A stretch of 64,000 nucleotides of DNA, taken from an uncultured Actinomycetota bacterium (GTDB taxonomy: Bacteria > Actinomycetota > Actinomycetes > Propionibacteriales > Nocardioidaceae). Shown piece by piece: positions 1 to 10,740 of the stretch. The first letter of the stretch is position 1. Each line of letters starts with the position of its first letter. Below the pieces are notes generated by a model. That model searched no databases and was not told the DNA's origin. It worked only from the letters and a program-made list of their open reading frames with translations. Position numbers and translations under genes: made by a program. The stretch lies in assembly GCA_963781515.1 (NCBI GenBank), contig CAWAGL010000008.1:179488-243487 (forward strand). The letters run 5' to 3'.

Positions 1-71
1 GCGCGCACGACGGAACGCACGTTGCCCGACCCGTAGTCCAGGACGACCACGCCGGGCTTCTTGTCGGCCAC
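1..71 (-). CDS. hisH: imidazole glycerol phosphate synthase amidotransferase subunit HisH (first ~23 codons only; gene runs off the left edge)
   Basis: Reverse translation from GTG at 71..69 gives VADKKPGVVVLDYGSGNVRSVVR, a typical HisH N-terminus (VLDYGxGN). It starts 2 nt after the hisB stop and continues the hisD-C-B-H order. Confidence 0.6.
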   Translation of the reverse strand, partial: MADKKPGVVVLDYGSGNVRSVVR

Positions 72-73
72 GG

Positions 74-694
74 TCAGAGCGTGCCCTTGGTCGACGGCAC
101 GCCGCTCTCGCGCGGGTCGAGCGCGATCGCGTCGCGCAGCGCGCGGGCCACGGCCTTGAACTGGGCCTCCACCACGTGGTGGGGGTCGCGGCCGCCCAGC
201 ACCCGCACGTGCAGGGCGAGGTGGGCGTGGAACGCCAGCGTCTCGAAGACGTGCCGGGTCAACGAGCCCTGGTAGGCGGCGCCGCCCGGCTGGCCGCCAC
301 CACCGATGGCGACGTACTCCTGGCCCTCGGGCTCGCCGCTGTGCACGCAGTAGGGCCGGCCGGACACGTCGACCACGGCCTGCACGAGCGCCTCGTCGAG
401 CGGCACGGTGGCGTCGCCGAAGCGGCGGATGCCCTGCTTGTCGCCGAGCGCCTCGCGCAGCGCCTGGCCCAGCACGATCGCGGTGTCCTCGACGGTGTGG
501 TGGGCGTCGATGTGGGTGTCGCCGTCGCTGTGGACCTCGAGGTCGATCAGCGAGTGCCGCGCGAACGCGGTGAGCATGTGGTCGTAGAACCCGACGCCGG
601 TCGTGATGTCACTGCGCCCGGTGCCGTCGAGGTCGACGGAGACGCGGACCTTCGACTCCTTGGTCGCCCGGTCCAGCCTGGCGGTGCGGCTCAT
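74..694 (-). CDS. hisB: imidazoleglycerol-phosphate dehydratase
   Basis: ORF 74..913 trimmed to the internal ATG at 694 ([26 protein letters not shown]...). It contains GFYDHML and HHTVED motifs. Its ATG overlaps the hisC stop (ATGA). Confidence 0.9.
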   Translation of the reverse strand: MSRTARLDRATKESKVRVSVDLDGTGRSDITTGVGFYDHMLTAFARHSLIDLEVHSDGDTHIDAHHTVEDTAIVLGQALREALGDKQGIRRFGDATVPLDEALVQAVVDVSGRPYCVHSGEPEGQEYVAIGGGGQPGGAAYQGSLTRHVFETLAFHAHLALHVRVLGGRDPHHVVEAQFKAVARALRDAIALDPRESGVPSTKGTL

Positions 695-1782
695 GCCTGC
701 TCCTTCATCACGTCGACCAGTGCGTCCTTGAATGCTGTCATCTCCACCGCGGTGCCCACCGAGACCCGCAGCCACCCGTCGGGCCCGGTCTCGCGGATCA
801 GCACGCCCCGGTCGACCAGACCCTGCCAGATCGCATGCCGATCGGCGAAGGTGCCGAAGAGGACGAAGTTGGCGTCGGACTCGGCCACCTGCAGGTCCTG
901 GGCGCGCAGCCACGTCACGGTCTCGTCGCGCTCGGCGCGCAGGTCGGCGACCCGAGCCAGCAGGGCGGGGGCATGCGCCAGGGCGGCGAGCGCGGTCGCC
1001 TGGGTGACGGCCGAGAGGTGGTAGGGCAGCCGCACCACCCGGATCGCGTCACAGATCGCCGGGTCCGCGGCCAGGTAGCCCAGCCGGGCCCCGGCGAGCG
1101 CGAACGCCTTGCTCATGGTGCGTGAGACCACCAGGTTGCGGTGCTCGGGCAGCAGGTCGAGCGCGCTCGGCACACCGGGGCGCCGGAACTCGCCGTACGC
1201 CTCGTCGACCACGACGATGCCCTCACCCGCGGCCTCGCAGAGCTCCGACACCGACGCCGGCGGCAGCGCGGTGCCGGTGGGGTTGTTGGGCGACGGCAGG
1301 AGCACGACGGCGGGCCGGCGCTCCGAGATCAGGTGGCGGGCCGCCGCGATGTCCAGCGAGAAGTCGCTCTCGCGGTGGCCGACCACCCACTCGGTCACGG
1401 CGTCCCGGGCGTACTCCGGATACATCGAGTACGTCGGCGCGAAGCTCAGCGCGCACCGGCCAGGTCCGCCGAAGGCCTGCAGCAGCTGCAGCATGACCTC
1501 GTTGGACCCGTTGGCCGCCCACACCTGCTCGGGGGTCACCGGCGAGGTGGTGTCGCTCGACAGGTACGCCGCCAGCGCGGCCCGCAGCTCACCGAACTCG
1601 CGGTCCGGATAGCGGTTCAGGCCCGTCGCGGCGTCCGCCACGGCGTCGGCGATGTCGGCCACGCACTCGGCAGACGGCGGGTAGGGGTTCTCGTTGACGT
1701 TCAGCTGCACGGGCACGTCGAGCTGGGGCGCGCCGTACGGCTCGATGCCGCGCAGCTCGTCGCGCAGCGGAGGGAACGTCAT
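691..1782 (-). CDS. hisC: histidinol-phosphate aminotransferase
   Basis: ORF 691..1953 trimmed to the ATG at 1782 ([21 protein letters not shown]...NVNENPYPP). It has the class II aminotransferase PLP-lysine context SRTMSKAF. Its ATG overlaps the hisD stop (ATGA). Confidence 0.9.
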   Translation of the reverse strand: MTFPPLRDELRGIEPYGAPQLDVPVQLNVNENPYPPSAECVADIADAVADAATGLNRYPDREFGELRAALAAYLSSDTTSPVTPEQVWAANGSNEVMLQLLQAFGGPGRCALSFAPTYSMYPEYARDAVTEWVVGHRESDFSLDIAAARHLISERRPAVVLLPSPNNPTGTALPPASVSELCEAAGEGIVVVDEAYGEFRRPGVPSALDLLPEHRNLVVSRTMSKAFALAGARLGYLAADPAICDAIRVVRLPYHLSAVTQATALAALAHAPALLARVADLRAERDETVTWLRAQDLQVAESDANFVLFGTFADRHAIWQGLVDRGVLIRETGPDGWLRVSVGTAVEMTAFKDALVDVMKEQA

Positions 1783-3095
1783 CGTGACGGCTCCGCGAAC
1801 CGGACCGCCACCGCGGCACCGTGACCGGGCAGGTCCTCGGCCTCGGCCAGGGTGACGACGTGGTCGGCCACCTCGGCCAGCGCGGCGCGTGAGTAGTCGA
1901 CGACGTGCACGGCCTTCAGGAACGAGCGCACCGAGAGCCCGCTCGAGTGGCACGCGCAGCCGGCCGTCGGCAGCACGTGGTTGGACCCCGCGCAGTAGTC
2001 ACCGAGCGAGACGGGCGTGAACGCGCCCACGAAGATCGCGCCGGCGTTGCGCACCCGCGCAGCGAGGGCAGAGGCGTCGGCGGTGTGGATCTCGAGGTGC
2101 TCGGCGGCGTAGGCGTTGACGACGTCGAGGCCCTGCTCCATGTCGTCGACGAGCACGATGCCCGACTGCTGACCGCCGATCGCGATCTGGATGCGCGCGG
2201 TGTGCCGGGTCGCGAAGACCTGCTTGTCGAGCTCGGCCTCGACCTCGTCGGCCAGCCGCTCGGAGTCGGTGACGAGCACGGCTGCGGCCAGCGGGTCGTG
2301 CTCGGCCTGGCTGACCAGGTCGGCGGCGACGTACGACGCCTCGGCGGTGTCGTCGGCCAGGATCGCGATCTCCGTGGGACCGGCCTCGGAGTCGATGCCG
2401 ACCACGCCCTTGAGCAGCCGCTTGGCGGCCACCACGTGGATGCTGCCGGGACCGGTGACCAGGTCGACGCGGCGGCAGTCGCCCGCGCCGTAGGCGAACA
2501 TCGCGATCGCCTGGGCGCCGCCCACGGCGTAGACCTCGTCGACGCCGAGCAGCGCGCACGCCGCCAGGATCGTCGGCTCGGGGAGGCCACCGTTGTGCTT
2601 CTGCGGCGGGCTCGACAGGGCGAGCGAGCCCACGCCCGCGACCTGCGCGGGGACGACGTTCATCAGCACGCTGGACACCAGCGGCGCCAGGCCGCCGGGC
2701 ACGTAGAGGCCGACCCGGTCGACCGGCACCAGGCGGTGGGTGACGGTGGCGCCGTCAGCCACCCGGGTGACGACGTCACGCTCGAGCTCGGCCTCGCACG
2801 TCAGCCGGAGCCGGCGGATCGACTCGTCGAGCGCAGCCCGGACGGCCGGGTCGAGCTCCGCCAGCGCATCGGTGAGCGCCGCCTTCGGGACCCTGATGTC
2901 GTGCTGCGCGATGCCGTCGAAGCGCTCGGTGAACTCCACGATCGCGTCGACCCCACGGGCCCGCACGGCGTCGCACACCGGCTGCACCAGATGGGTCGCG
3001 GCCTCCACGTCGAAGTCGGCCCGCGGCACGGCGGAGCGGTAGTCGACAGGGTCGCGCCGGCTGGCGGCTCCCCGGAGGTCGATGCGGCGGATCAT
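1779..3095 (-). CDS. hisD: histidinol dehydrogenase
   Basis: ORF 1779..3566 trimmed to the ATG at 3095 ([12 protein letters not shown]...). HisD-like blocks are present ([33 protein letters not shown]). The upstream part of the ORF is R/G/P-rich junk. Confidence 0.9.
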   Translation of the reverse strand: MIRRIDLRGAASRRDPVDYRSAVPRADFDVEAATHLVQPVCDAVRARGVDAIVEFTERFDGIAQHDIRVPKAALTDALAELDPAVRAALDESIRRLRLTCEAELERDVVTRVADGATVTHRLVPVDRVGLYVPGGLAPLVSSVLMNVVPAQVAGVGSLALSSPPQKHNGGLPEPTILAACALLGVDEVYAVGGAQAIAMFAYGAGDCRRVDLVTGPGSIHVVAAKRLLKGVVGIDSEAGPTEIAILADDTAEASYVAADLVSQAEHDPLAAAVLVTDSERLADEVEAELDKQVFATRHTARIQIAIGGQQSGIVLVDDMEQGLDVVNAYAAEHLEIHTADASALAARVRNAGAIFVGAFTPVSLGDYCAGSNHVLPTAGCACHSSGLSVRSFLKAVHVVDYSRAALAEVADHVVTLAEAEDLPGHGAAVAVRFAEPSR

Positions 3096-3196
3096 GAGAC
3101 CGATTCTAGGCGGGTACGACGCACCGGCCGGCGTCGCGGTCCGCCGGTCGGGCGAGGCGGCCGGCGAGGCACCCGGTGCGGGGCTAGTGTCGTGAC

Positions 3197-3871
3197 GTGA
3201 GCGACCCGCAGCCCACCCTGCCGATGTTCCCCCTGAGCACCGTGATCTTCCCGGGTGTGCAGGTGCCCCTGCACGTCTTCGAGGACCGCTACCGGGCCCT
3301 GGTCCACCACCTGCTCCGTGAACCCGAGCCGGAGCGGCGGGTCTTCGGGTCGGTCGCCATCCGCGAGGGCTACGAGGTCGGCGATCACGGCGCCCAGTCG
3401 CTCTACCGGGTCGGCTGCCGGCTCCAGCTCGGCGAGGTCGAGGCGCGTCCCGACGGCAGCTTCGACATCGTCGCCATCGGGCGCGACCGGATCCGCCTCG
3501 ACGAGCTCGAGACCAGCGGTGAGTTCCCCGCCGGCCACGTGAGCGAGCTGCCCGAGCCCGACGCACCCGTCGACAGCGAGATCATCGACCGGGCGCGCGC
3601 CGTCTTCACGGCCTACCGGGCCAGGGTGAGCGAGTTCCGGGGCGACCCGTTTGCGGGTCGGCTCCCCCGCGACCCGCTCTACCTCTCGTGGACCCTCGCC
3701 GCGCTCGCGCCGCTGCCGATGGCGGAGCGACAGAGCCTGCTCGAGGCGGAGGACCCCGCCGAGCGGCTGGTCCTGGTCACCGACCTGCTGCGCGCCGAGC
3801 TGCGGGCGATGAACGCGATCCCGTCGCTGCCCGCGACAGAGGTGGCCCGCAACCGCTGGTCCCCCAACTGA
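3197..3871 (+). CDS. LON N-terminal (substrate-binding) domain protein
   Basis: GTG start. [28 protein letters not shown] is the classic Lon N-domain opening. At 224 aa it has no ATPase or protease part. Confidence 0.75.
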   Translation: MSDPQPTLPMFPLSTVIFPGVQVPLHVFEDRYRALVHHLLREPEPERRVFGSVAIREGYEVGDHGAQSLYRVGCRLQLGEVEARPDGSFDIVAIGRDRIRLDELETSGEFPAGHVSELPEPDAPVDSEIIDRARAVFTAYRARVSEFRGDPFAGRLPRDPLYLSWTLAALAPLPMAERQSLLEAEDPAERLVLVTDLLRAELRAMNAIPSLPATEVARNRWSPN

Positions 3872-3884
3872 TGGCTCGCGCCTG

Positions 3885-4373
3885 ATGGCCCGCAAGCCGG
3901 CTGCGGGCACGCCGGCCACGGTGGCGCTCGCGCGGGCCGGCATCGCGTTCACGGTGCACTCCTACCTGCACGACCCCCGCGCCGAGAGCTTCGGCCTCGA
4001 GGCGGCCACCGCCCTCGGGATCGACCCGGCGCGGGTGTTCAAGACCCTGCTGGTCTCGGCCGACGGCTTCCTGGCCGTCGGCATCGTGCCGGTCTCGGGG
4101 ATGCTCGACCTGAAGGCCGTCGCCCGCTCGCTGGGGGTGGGCCGGGCGACCATGGCCGAGGTCGCCTCCGCCGAGCGAGCGACCGGGTACGTCGCGGGCG
4201 GCATCTCACCGGTCGGCCAGAGGAGGAGCCACCGCACGGTCGTGGACACCTCGGCACTCGACCACGACACCGTCCTCGTGTCGGGCGGCCGGCGGGGGCT
4301 CGACGTCGAGCTGGCTCCGTCCGACCTGGTCGCGATCACGTCGGCGATCGTCGCCCCGATCGGCCGGCCGTAG
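3885..4373 (+). CDS. ybaK: YbaK/EbsC-type Cys-tRNA(Pro) deacylase
   Basis: 162 aa. The text TPATVALARAGIAFTVHSY...VFKTLLV...TGYVAGGISPVGQ matches the YbaK trans-editing family layout. Confidence 0.8.
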   Translation: MARKPAAGTPATVALARAGIAFTVHSYLHDPRAESFGLEAATALGIDPARVFKTLLVSADGFLAVGIVPVSGMLDLKAVARSLGVGRATMAEVASAERATGYVAGGISPVGQRRSHRTVVDTSALDHDTVLVSGGRRGLDVELAPSDLVAITSAIVAPIGRP

Positions 4374-4405
4374 CCGACCGACCGGGGCGCCCTGTGCGTC
4401 TGCGC

Positions 4406-6220
4406 TCAGTCGGTCGTGAGCTTCAGCACGCCGTGCGAGACGCCGTCCTCGACCCAGCCGGAGATGCCGAAGGCCGACAGCGGCTCCACGTTCTCGGCGA
4501 TGCTCGGGTCGTCGCCGGAGAGCGACTTCAACCAGTCGCCGTTCGCGTCGAAGTTGAGGAAGAGCAGCGCCCCGGCCTTGTCGGACTCCTCGACGACCCG
4601 CTGGTAGGCCTCGACGTCGCCGAGGCCGCCGTCCTCGGCCAGCAGGGCGCGGTAGTCGGGGTTGGCGGCGAGCGCGACGTGGTCGCCCTTCGTCTCGCTC
4701 TCCAGCATGGCCGCCTGATCGCCCAGCTGGGGCGCGATCTTGGCGAGTACCTTCTCGATCTCGTCGGCGTCGCCCTTGATCTTGACGCCCACCGGGATGT
4801 CGGCGGGGCCGCCGCCGTTGAAGATCGCCTCGGGGTCGATGTCGCTGCCCACAGCCAGGGCCAGTGACTCACCGGTCAGCGTCTCGACGTCCTCGGGGAA
4901 GGCCAGACCGGTCTGCGCCTCGAGGTCGGCGAGCATCGTGTCGACGTCGACATCCTCGCCGGACATGGCTGAGAACTGGTCCATCGCCGTGGCGAACCAG
5001 CCGTCGGCGAAGCCGACACCCACCGCCAGGAGGGTGTCCTCGGGCAGCGTCTCGACGACGTCGGCGCCGCGGTCGCTGCCGGCGAGGGTGTCGGTCTGCT
5101 TGCCGGCACCGGCGGCGAACTCGACCTCGAGAGCGCCGTCGTCGAAGCGGATGGTGGCCGCAGCGCCCTCGAAGTCCTTGAGCGCCTCGGTGACCTCGGG
5201 CGGGATCGAGGGCGTGCCGGTCGGGCTCTCGGGAGCCGTCTCGGGAGCCGTCGGGTCGAGCAGGCCGAGGTCGTCGATCTCCTGGTCGCTGAAACCCATC
5301 TCCGTGAGCTGCTCGCGGGTGACGCCCTGGTCGGAGCCGCCCCCCGTCGCGAGGTCCGGCGTCGCTCCGGTCAGCGGGGCGAGCTGGTCCTCGAACATGC
5401 CCATCTGCGAGCCGAGGTACCCGCCGGCCGCCGGAGCGGCGTACATGCTCACGATGCCGGAGTCCCCGGCCTCGTCCATCCACCGGTTGTAGGTGTCGTC
5501 GTCGGTCAGCGGCTTGTCCGCGGCCGCCTTGACGACCGTGTCGGCGATGTCCTCGGTCTCGGCGATGATCACCCAGTCGCCGCTGACGACGAAGCCGCCG
5601 AGGCTCTCGCCCTCGCCACTGGCTGCCTCGCCTGCGCAGTCCTGCAGCTTGGTCAGCGCGTCCTCCGCCTTCGAGCCGTCGGTGACCTCGAGGACCCCGA
5701 CGCCCGACGGCTGCTCCGCGCCGGTGTCGACGGCGGCCACGGCCATCCGGTCACCCAGCCACGGCTTGATGTCGGAGTCGTAGTCGACCGACTCGCAGGC
5801 GCCCGACTTCTGGATCTCCTCGAAGAGCCGCTTGCGCAGGTCGTCGTCGGTGTCGAGGTCGACCGCGTCCCGGAACGCCGGGAACTTGCGCAGCGTCTTG
5901 ATGGCCTCGATCTTCTGGCCACCGCTCGGGTCCAGGTTGACCGAGACGAAGCCGACGGTGGAGGCGGGCAGCGCCTCGGCGGCCTCCGCGCCGGAGCTCA
6001 TGAACGACGTCAGCCCGTAGGCCGCACCACCGACGATCGCCAGGCCGCCGAGCACGGCGCCCGCGATGATGGCCTTCTTCTTGCCGCCGCCGGCAGTGGC
6101 CACGGGAGCGTGGCCGACGGGGTCACCGCTGCCGCTGGACAGGTACTCGGGCTGGCCCTGCGACGGCTGACCCTGGGCCGGCTGACCCTGCGGGTCCTGC
6201 GGCGGGAACTGATCTGACAT
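4406..6220 (-). CDS. hypothetical membrane-anchored acidic protein (DUF3352-like)
   Basis: 604-aa ORF with high third-position GC. The N-terminus has a PQ/GQ-rich tract, followed by one TM helix (AIIAGAVLGGLAIVGGAAYGL) and a long D/E-rich domain. The family call is from memory only. Confidence 0.6.
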   Translation of the reverse strand: MSDQFPPQDPQGQPAQGQPSQGQPEYLSSGSGDPVGHAPVATAGGGKKKAIIAGAVLGGLAIVGGAAYGLTSFMSSGAEAAEALPASTVGFVSVNLDPSGGQKIEAIKTLRKFPAFRDAVDLDTDDDLRKRLFEEIQKSGACESVDYDSDIKPWLGDRMAVAAVDTGAEQPSGVGVLEVTDGSKAEDALTKLQDCAGEAASGEGESLGGFVVSGDWVIIAETEDIADTVVKAAADKPLTDDDTYNRWMDEAGDSGIVSMYAAPAAGGYLGSQMGMFEDQLAPLTGATPDLATGGGSDQGVTREQLTEMGFSDQEIDDLGLLDPTAPETAPESPTGTPSIPPEVTEALKDFEGAAATIRFDDGALEVEFAAGAGKQTDTLAGSDRGADVVETLPEDTLLAVGVGFADGWFATAMDQFSAMSGEDVDVDTMLADLEAQTGLAFPEDVETLTGESLALAVGSDIDPEAIFNGGGPADIPVGVKIKGDADEIEKVLAKIAPQLGDQAAMLESETKGDHVALAANPDYRALLAEDGGLGDVEAYQRVVEESDKAGALLFLNFDANGDWLKSLSGDDPSIAENVEPLSAFGISGWVEDGVSHGVLKLTTD

Positions 6221-6304
6221 GGTGACTCCCCCAGACGATGGGACGGCGAGTGCCGTCCCGACGCGAACACGAATGCTGCGGATCCTACCCGCGGGCGGCC
6301 GTCC

Positions 6305-6862
6305 TCAATCGTCGGTGCGTCGACGTGGTGTCAGCGCCAGCAGCACGGCGGAGAACGCCAGCAGCGCCCCTGCGGGGAAGGCGACGAACGCCGCGGAGTC
6401 GAACGCGTAGACGTGTGGATGCAGGCCGGCTCCACCGACGCGCAGGTCACCCTTGATGGCGGTGAGGTCGTCGGCCGAGGCGGCGAGCACGGCCGGGTCG
6501 GGTGGGCCCAGGGCGTGACCGACGTGGAACATCAGCCAGCCGGCCAGCACGGCGCCCACGGCCACCGCGACCAGGGTCGCGACCTCGCCGTCCCTGCTCA
6601 TCAGGGCCGCGCCGGCCCCGAGCAGGACCCCGGCTGCGGCTGCGACGACGACGTACCAGCCGGTGCCGGCGAACTCGCCCGGCAGGCCGTTCTCGTCGAG
6701 CACGAACCTGCCCTGGAAGGCCACGCCGCTCGGTGGGGTCCAGACCCACTCCCACACCACGCCCGCCAGCGCGCCGAGCACTGCTGCGGCGACGAGCACC
6801 AGGAGGGCCTGCAGCATCCACCGGGAGACCCGCGCGCGGCGCCGGGTCAGCTCGCCAGACAT
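6305..6862 (-). CDS. hypothetical polytopic membrane protein (DUF2567-like)
   Basis: 185 aa with about 4 predicted TM helices. Its start overlaps the dnaE stop by 16 nt, so it is likely co-transcribed with dnaE. Confidence 0.6.
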   Translation of the reverse strand: MSGELTRRRARVSRWMLQALLVLVAAAVLGALAGVVWEWVWTPPSGVAFQGRFVLDENGLPGEFAGTGWYVVVAAAAGVLLGAGAALMSRDGEVATLVAVAVGAVLAGWLMFHVGHALGPPDPAVLAASADDLTAIKGDLRVGGAGLHPHVYAFDSAAFVAFPAGALLAFSAVLLALTPRRRTDD

Positions 6863-9800
6863 CCAGGTCCGAGGAGCTGCTTGAGGTCGGCGAACAGCGC
6901 CGGCGACGCGGTGACGCGGAGCCGGTCGTCGAGGCGCATGACGGTCGTCGAGGTGCGGGCCATCAGGCGCAGCTGCACCTCGGTCATCCCGGGGTGGGTG
7001 GCGAGCACCTCGCGGAGCTGGTCGACGGTCGCGGCGGTGCAGCGGGTGGCCGGCAACGAGATGACCACCGGACCGGACGGCCCGTCGGAGAGGTCGGGCT
7101 TGGTGACCTCCTGGCCGCGCAGCTCGGGCTGGTCCTTGTCGCGGGAGAGCTGACCCTTGACGCGGATGATGGCGTCCTCGACGAGGAACGGCGAGGCCAG
7201 CTGGTAGGAGCTCGGGAAGAGCAGCACCTCGATGGCGCCGTCGAGGTCCTCGAGGGTGACGGTGGCCCAGGCGTCGCCGCGCTTGGTGATCTTGCGCTGC
7301 ACCGAGGTGATCAGGCCGCTCACGGTCAGCGTGCTGCCGTGGGCGCGCTCCTCGTCGAGCATGAGCTGACCGATGGTGCAGTCGGTGCCGCTGGACAGCA
7401 CGTGCTCGAGGCCGAGGAGCGGGTGGTCGGAGACGTAGAGGCCGAGCATCTCGCGCTCATGGCCCAGGAGGGTCATCTTGTCCCACTCCTCGATGTCGGG
7501 CACCGGCACCGAGACGCCGAAGCCCAGGGAGTCGGCGCCGTCGGCGCTGGCCATCTCGGCGAAGAGCGAGTCCTGGCCGATGGCCTCGTTCTTCTTGATG
7601 TCGATGTACTGGTCGACGGCCGTCTCGTGGACGGTCACCAGCGCCCGGCGCTTGTGCTTCATGTCGTCGAAGGCGCCGGCCTTGACCAGCGACTCGATGA
7701 CCCGCTTGTTGCAGACCAGGGCGGGGACCTTCTCCATGAAGTCGTTGAAGTCGGTGTAGCGACCCTTCTCCTGACGGGCGCCCACGATGCCTTCGACCAC
7801 GTTGTGGCCGACGTTGCGGATCGCGGTGAGGCCGAAGCGGATGTCGTTGCCGACCGGGGTGAAGTTGGACGCCGACTCGTTGACGTCGGGCGGGAGCACC
7901 TGGATCTTCATCCGCCGGCACTCGTTGAGGTAGATCGCCGACTTGTCCTTGTCGTCCTTGGTCGACGTGAGGAGGGCGGCCATGTATTCAGCCGGGTAGT
8001 TGGCCTTGAGGTAGGCCGTCCAGTAGGACACCAGGCCGTACGCCGCTGAGTGCGCCTTGTTGAAGGCGTAGTCGGAGAACGGCAGCAGGATCTCCCACAG
8101 CTTGCTGATCGCGCCCTTGCTGTAGCCGCGCTCGATCATGCCGGCCGAGAAGCCCTCGAACTGCTTGTCGAGCTCTGCCTTCTTCTTCTTGCCCATCGCG
8201 CGCCGCAGGATGTCGGCCTGGCCCAGCGTGTAGCCCGCGAGCTTCTGCGCGATGGCCATCACCTGCTCCTGGTAGACGATCAGGCCGTAGGTCTCGCCCA
8301 GCACGTCCTGGAGCGGCTCGGCCAGCTCCGGATGGATGGCCTCGACGGGCTCTCGCCCGGTCTTGCGGCGGGCGTACTTGTTGTGGGAGTCGGCACCCAT
8401 CGGGCCGGGTCGGTAGAGCGCTCCCACCGCGGAGATGTCCTCGAAGGTGTCAGGCTTCATCGAGCGCAGCAACGACCGCATCGGGCCACCGTCGAGCTGG
8501 AAGACGCCGAGCGTGTCGCCGCGCTGGAGCAGCTTGTAGGTCGCGTCGTCGGTGAGCTCGAGCTCCTCGATGACGACGGTCTCGCCACGGTTGGCCTCGA
8601 TGTTCTTGATCGCGTCGTCGAGGACCGTGAGGTTGCGCAGCCCCAGGAAGTCCATCTTGATCAACCCGAGCGACTCACAGGTCGGGTAGTCGAACTGGGT
8701 GATCATGGCGCCGTCGGCGGGGCGCTTGAGCATCGGGATGATGTCGAGCAGCGGCTCGCTGGACATGATCACGCCGGCCGCGTGCACGCCCCACTGGCGC
8801 TTGAGGCCCTCGATGCCGATGGCGGTGTCGACCACGCGCTTGACGTCGTTGTCGCCGTCGTAGAGGGCGCGGAACTCGCCGCCCTCGCCGTAGCGCTTGT
8901 GGGCGGGGTCGAAGATGTCCTTGAGCGGGACGTCCTTGCCCATCACCGAGGCCGGCATCGCCTTGGTGACACGGTCGCCCATCGAGAACGGGTAGGCCAG
9001 GATCCGCGAGGAGTCCTTGACCGCCTGCTTGGCCTTGATCGTGCCGTAGGTGACGATCATCGACACCCGGTCGTCGCCGTACTTGTCGGAGACGTAGCGG
9101 ATGACCTCACCGCGCCGACGCTCGTCGAAGTCGATGTCGAAGTCGGGCATCGAGACCCGGTCGGGGTTGAGGAAGCGCTCGAAGAGCAGGCCGTGCACGA
9201 GCGGGTCGAGGTCGGTGATGCGCAGCGCGTAGGCCACGATCGAGCCCGCGCCGGAGCCGCGGCCCGGGCCGACCCGGATGCCCTGCTCCTTGGCCCAGTT
9301 GATGAAGTCGGAGACGACCAGGAAGTAGCCCGGGAAGCCCATCGCGGTGATGACGCCGACCTCGAAGTCGGCGCGCTTGCGGGCCTCGTCGGAGATGCCG
9401 CCCGGGTAGCGGAACCGCAGGCCCTTCTCGACCTCCTTGACCAGCCAGGAGTCCTCGTTCTCGCCCTCCGGGCACGGGAAGCGCGGCATGAACGTGCCGT
9501 TGCCCTCGGTGAAGGAGACGTCGCAGCGCTCGGCGATGAGCAGGGTGTTGTCGCAGGCCTCGCGCAGGTCGTACTTGTCGACCCACAGGGAGCGCATCTC
9601 CTCGGGGCTCTTGATGTAGTAGCCGTTGCCGCTGAACGCGAAGCGCTGGCCGGGGCCGTCACCGGCCGGGATGTCCATGGTCGAGCCGGAGTTGATGCAC
9701 AGCAGGTGCTCCTGGCTCTTCGCGTCCTCCTGCATGACGTAGTGGGAGTCGTTGGTCGCCAGCAGCGGGATCTGGAGGTCCTTCGCCAGCCGCAGCAGCC

Positions 9801-10416
9801 CGTCCCGCACCCGGCTCTCGATGGACAGGCCGTGGTCCATCAGCTCGAGGAAGTAGTTCTCGCGGCCGAGGATGTCCTGGAACTCACCGGCGACCTTGCG
9901 TGCCTCGTCGTACTTGCCGTAGCGCAGGTGCACCTGCACCTCGCCCGACGGGCAGCCGGTCGTGCCGATGATGCCCTTGCCGTGCTTGGCGAGCAGCTCG
10001 CGGTCCATCCGGGGCTGCTTGAAGAAGCCGTCGCGCCAGGCGCTCGTGGTGAGCCGGAACAGGTTGTGCATGCCCTCGGTCGACTCGGAGAGCAACGTCA
10101 TGTGGGTGTAGGCGCCGCGAGCCGAGACGTCGTCGGGACCGCCGTCGTAGAAGTTGACGCCCTTGCGCTCGAAGCGGGAGATGTTGGGGGTGAAGTAGGC
10201 CTCGATGCCGATGATCGGCTTGACCCCCGCCGCCTTGCAGAGCTTGTAGAACTCGTAGGCCCCGAACACGTTGCCGTGGTCGGTCATAGCGATCGCGGGC
10301 ATGCCCAGCTCGGCGGTGCGCTGAGCCAGTTGCTGCAGGCGGGCAGCGCCGTCGAGCATGGAGTACTCGGTGTGCACGTGGAGGTGCACGAAGGAGTCGC
10401 GAGAACCTTCAGCCAT
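6847..10416 (-). CDS. dnaE: DNA polymerase III alpha subunit (replicative DnaE1)
   Basis: 1189 aa. PHP domain opening FVHLHVHTEYSMLDGA; polymerase core blocks (GVFQLDGGPM, FNKAHSAAYG); C-terminal OB region. Confidence 0.95.
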   Translation of the reverse strand: MAEGSRDSFVHLHVHTEYSMLDGAARLQQLAQRTAELGMPAIAMTDHGNVFGAYEFYKLCKAAGVKPIIGIEAYFTPNISRFERKGVNFYDGGPDDVSARGAYTHMTLLSESTEGMHNLFRLTTSAWRDGFFKQPRMDRELLAKHGKGIIGTTGCPSGEVQVHLRYGKYDEARKVAGEFQDILGRENYFLELMDHGLSIESRVRDGLLRLAKDLQIPLLATNDSHYVMQEDAKSQEHLLCINSGSTMDIPAGDGPGQRFAFSGNGYYIKSPEEMRSLWVDKYDLREACDNTLLIAERCDVSFTEGNGTFMPRFPCPEGENEDSWLVKEVEKGLRFRYPGGISDEARKRADFEVGVITAMGFPGYFLVVSDFINWAKEQGIRVGPGRGSGAGSIVAYALRITDLDPLVHGLLFERFLNPDRVSMPDFDIDFDERRRGEVIRYVSDKYGDDRVSMIVTYGTIKAKQAVKDSSRILAYPFSMGDRVTKAMPASVMGKDVPLKDIFDPAHKRYGEGGEFRALYDGDNDVKRVVDTAIGIEGLKRQWGVHAAGVIMSSEPLLDIIPMLKRPADGAMITQFDYPTCESLGLIKMDFLGLRNLTVLDDAIKNIEANRGETVVIEELELTDDATYKLLQRGDTLGVFQLDGGPMRSLLRSMKPDTFEDISAVGALYRPGPMGADSHNKYARRKTGREPVEAIHPELAEPLQDVLGETYGLIVYQEQVMAIAQKLAGYTLGQADILRRAMGKKKKAELDKQFEGFSAGMIERGYSKGAISKLWEILLPFSDYAFNKAHSAAYGLVSYWTAYLKANYPAEYMAALLTSTKDDKDKSAIYLNECRRMKIQVLPPDVNESASNFTPVGNDIRFGLTAIRNVGHNVVEGIVGARQEKGRYTDFNDFMEKVPALVCNKRVIESLVKAGAFDDMKHKRRALVTVHETAVDQYIDIKKNEAIGQDSLFAEMASADGADSLGFGVSVPVPDIEEWDKMTLLGHEREMLGLYVSDHPLLGLEHVLSSGTDCTIGQLMLDEERAHGSTLTVSGLITSVQRKITKRGDAWATVTLEDLDGAIEVLLFPSSYQLASPFLVEDAIIRVKGQLSRDKDQPELRGQEVTKPDLSDGPSGPVVISLPATRCTAATVDQLREVLATHPGMTEVQLRLMARTSTTVMRLDDRLRVTASPALFADLKQLLGPGCLAS

Positions 10417-10740
10417 GGGCGGGGTACTGCTCCCAACACGGGTCGAGACGGACAGGAACCAGGCAGCCCGGCAGGTGCAGCCGGACGTCTGTCTCGGGGA
10501 AGGACGTCAGACTACGGGACCGCACGCGACCACCATCGCAGGGCACACCGACATCTCACCCCGGGCCGGCACCGGCGGCGTCATCCGGGGCGGCTTCCCG
10601 GTGGTCAAGACTTCGCCGTTTGGTCCCAAACCGCAGGAAACCGGCCGCTGGGGTTGCGGTTGTCGACCAATCGTGGGGTGTGGTCGCGGGCCGGGCGCCG
10701 GCGCCGGGCCGGACCTCCGCCGGGGTGACGCGGCGCCGGG

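Noticed and set aside
694-3566. Long N-terminal extensions in the ORF track for hisB, hisC, hisD, murC, murD, sepF, ftsL, npdG, the LysM-SLT gene, the nuclease, the HEPN gene, idsA and the transglutaminase.
   Set aside because: The extensions are R/P/G-rich and overlap the upstream gene extensively. Internal ATG/GTG starts give canonical family N-termini, and most give 4-nt ATGA/GTGA overlaps or a good SD. The trimmed coordinates were checked arithmetically against the sequence.
8050-10728. Very long antisense ORFs opposite recognised genes. Examples: 8050..10728 (+) opposite dnaE; 28298..31648 (+) opposite murE/ftsI/ftsL; 35121..38030 (-) opposite DUF58/transglutaminase; 40956..43766 (+) opposite dnaE2; 57238..59310 (-) opposite the kinase. 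There are many 100-600 aa others (17165..18946, 22483..24057, 26003..27856, 33399..34907, 34477..36051, 38972..41005, 45939..47963, 49902..51473, 53100..54338).
   Set aside because: These are typical stop-codon-poor mirror frames of a high-GC genome. Their translations are R/G/A/P/D/V-rich low-complexity strings with no motifs. Each fully overlaps a gene whose product is recognisable motif by motif on the other strand or frame.
10417-10740. The 324-bp dnaE upstream region as a possible ncRNA or small-gene locus.
   Set aside because: Only generic GC-rich hairpins were seen (e.g. GAGACGGAC...GTCTGTCTC, AACCGCA...TGCGGTT, GGTGAC...GTCACC at the kinase stop). There is no convincing ORF, repeat family or known motif. 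It is most simply the terminator of the P-loop gene plus the dnaE promoter/leader.
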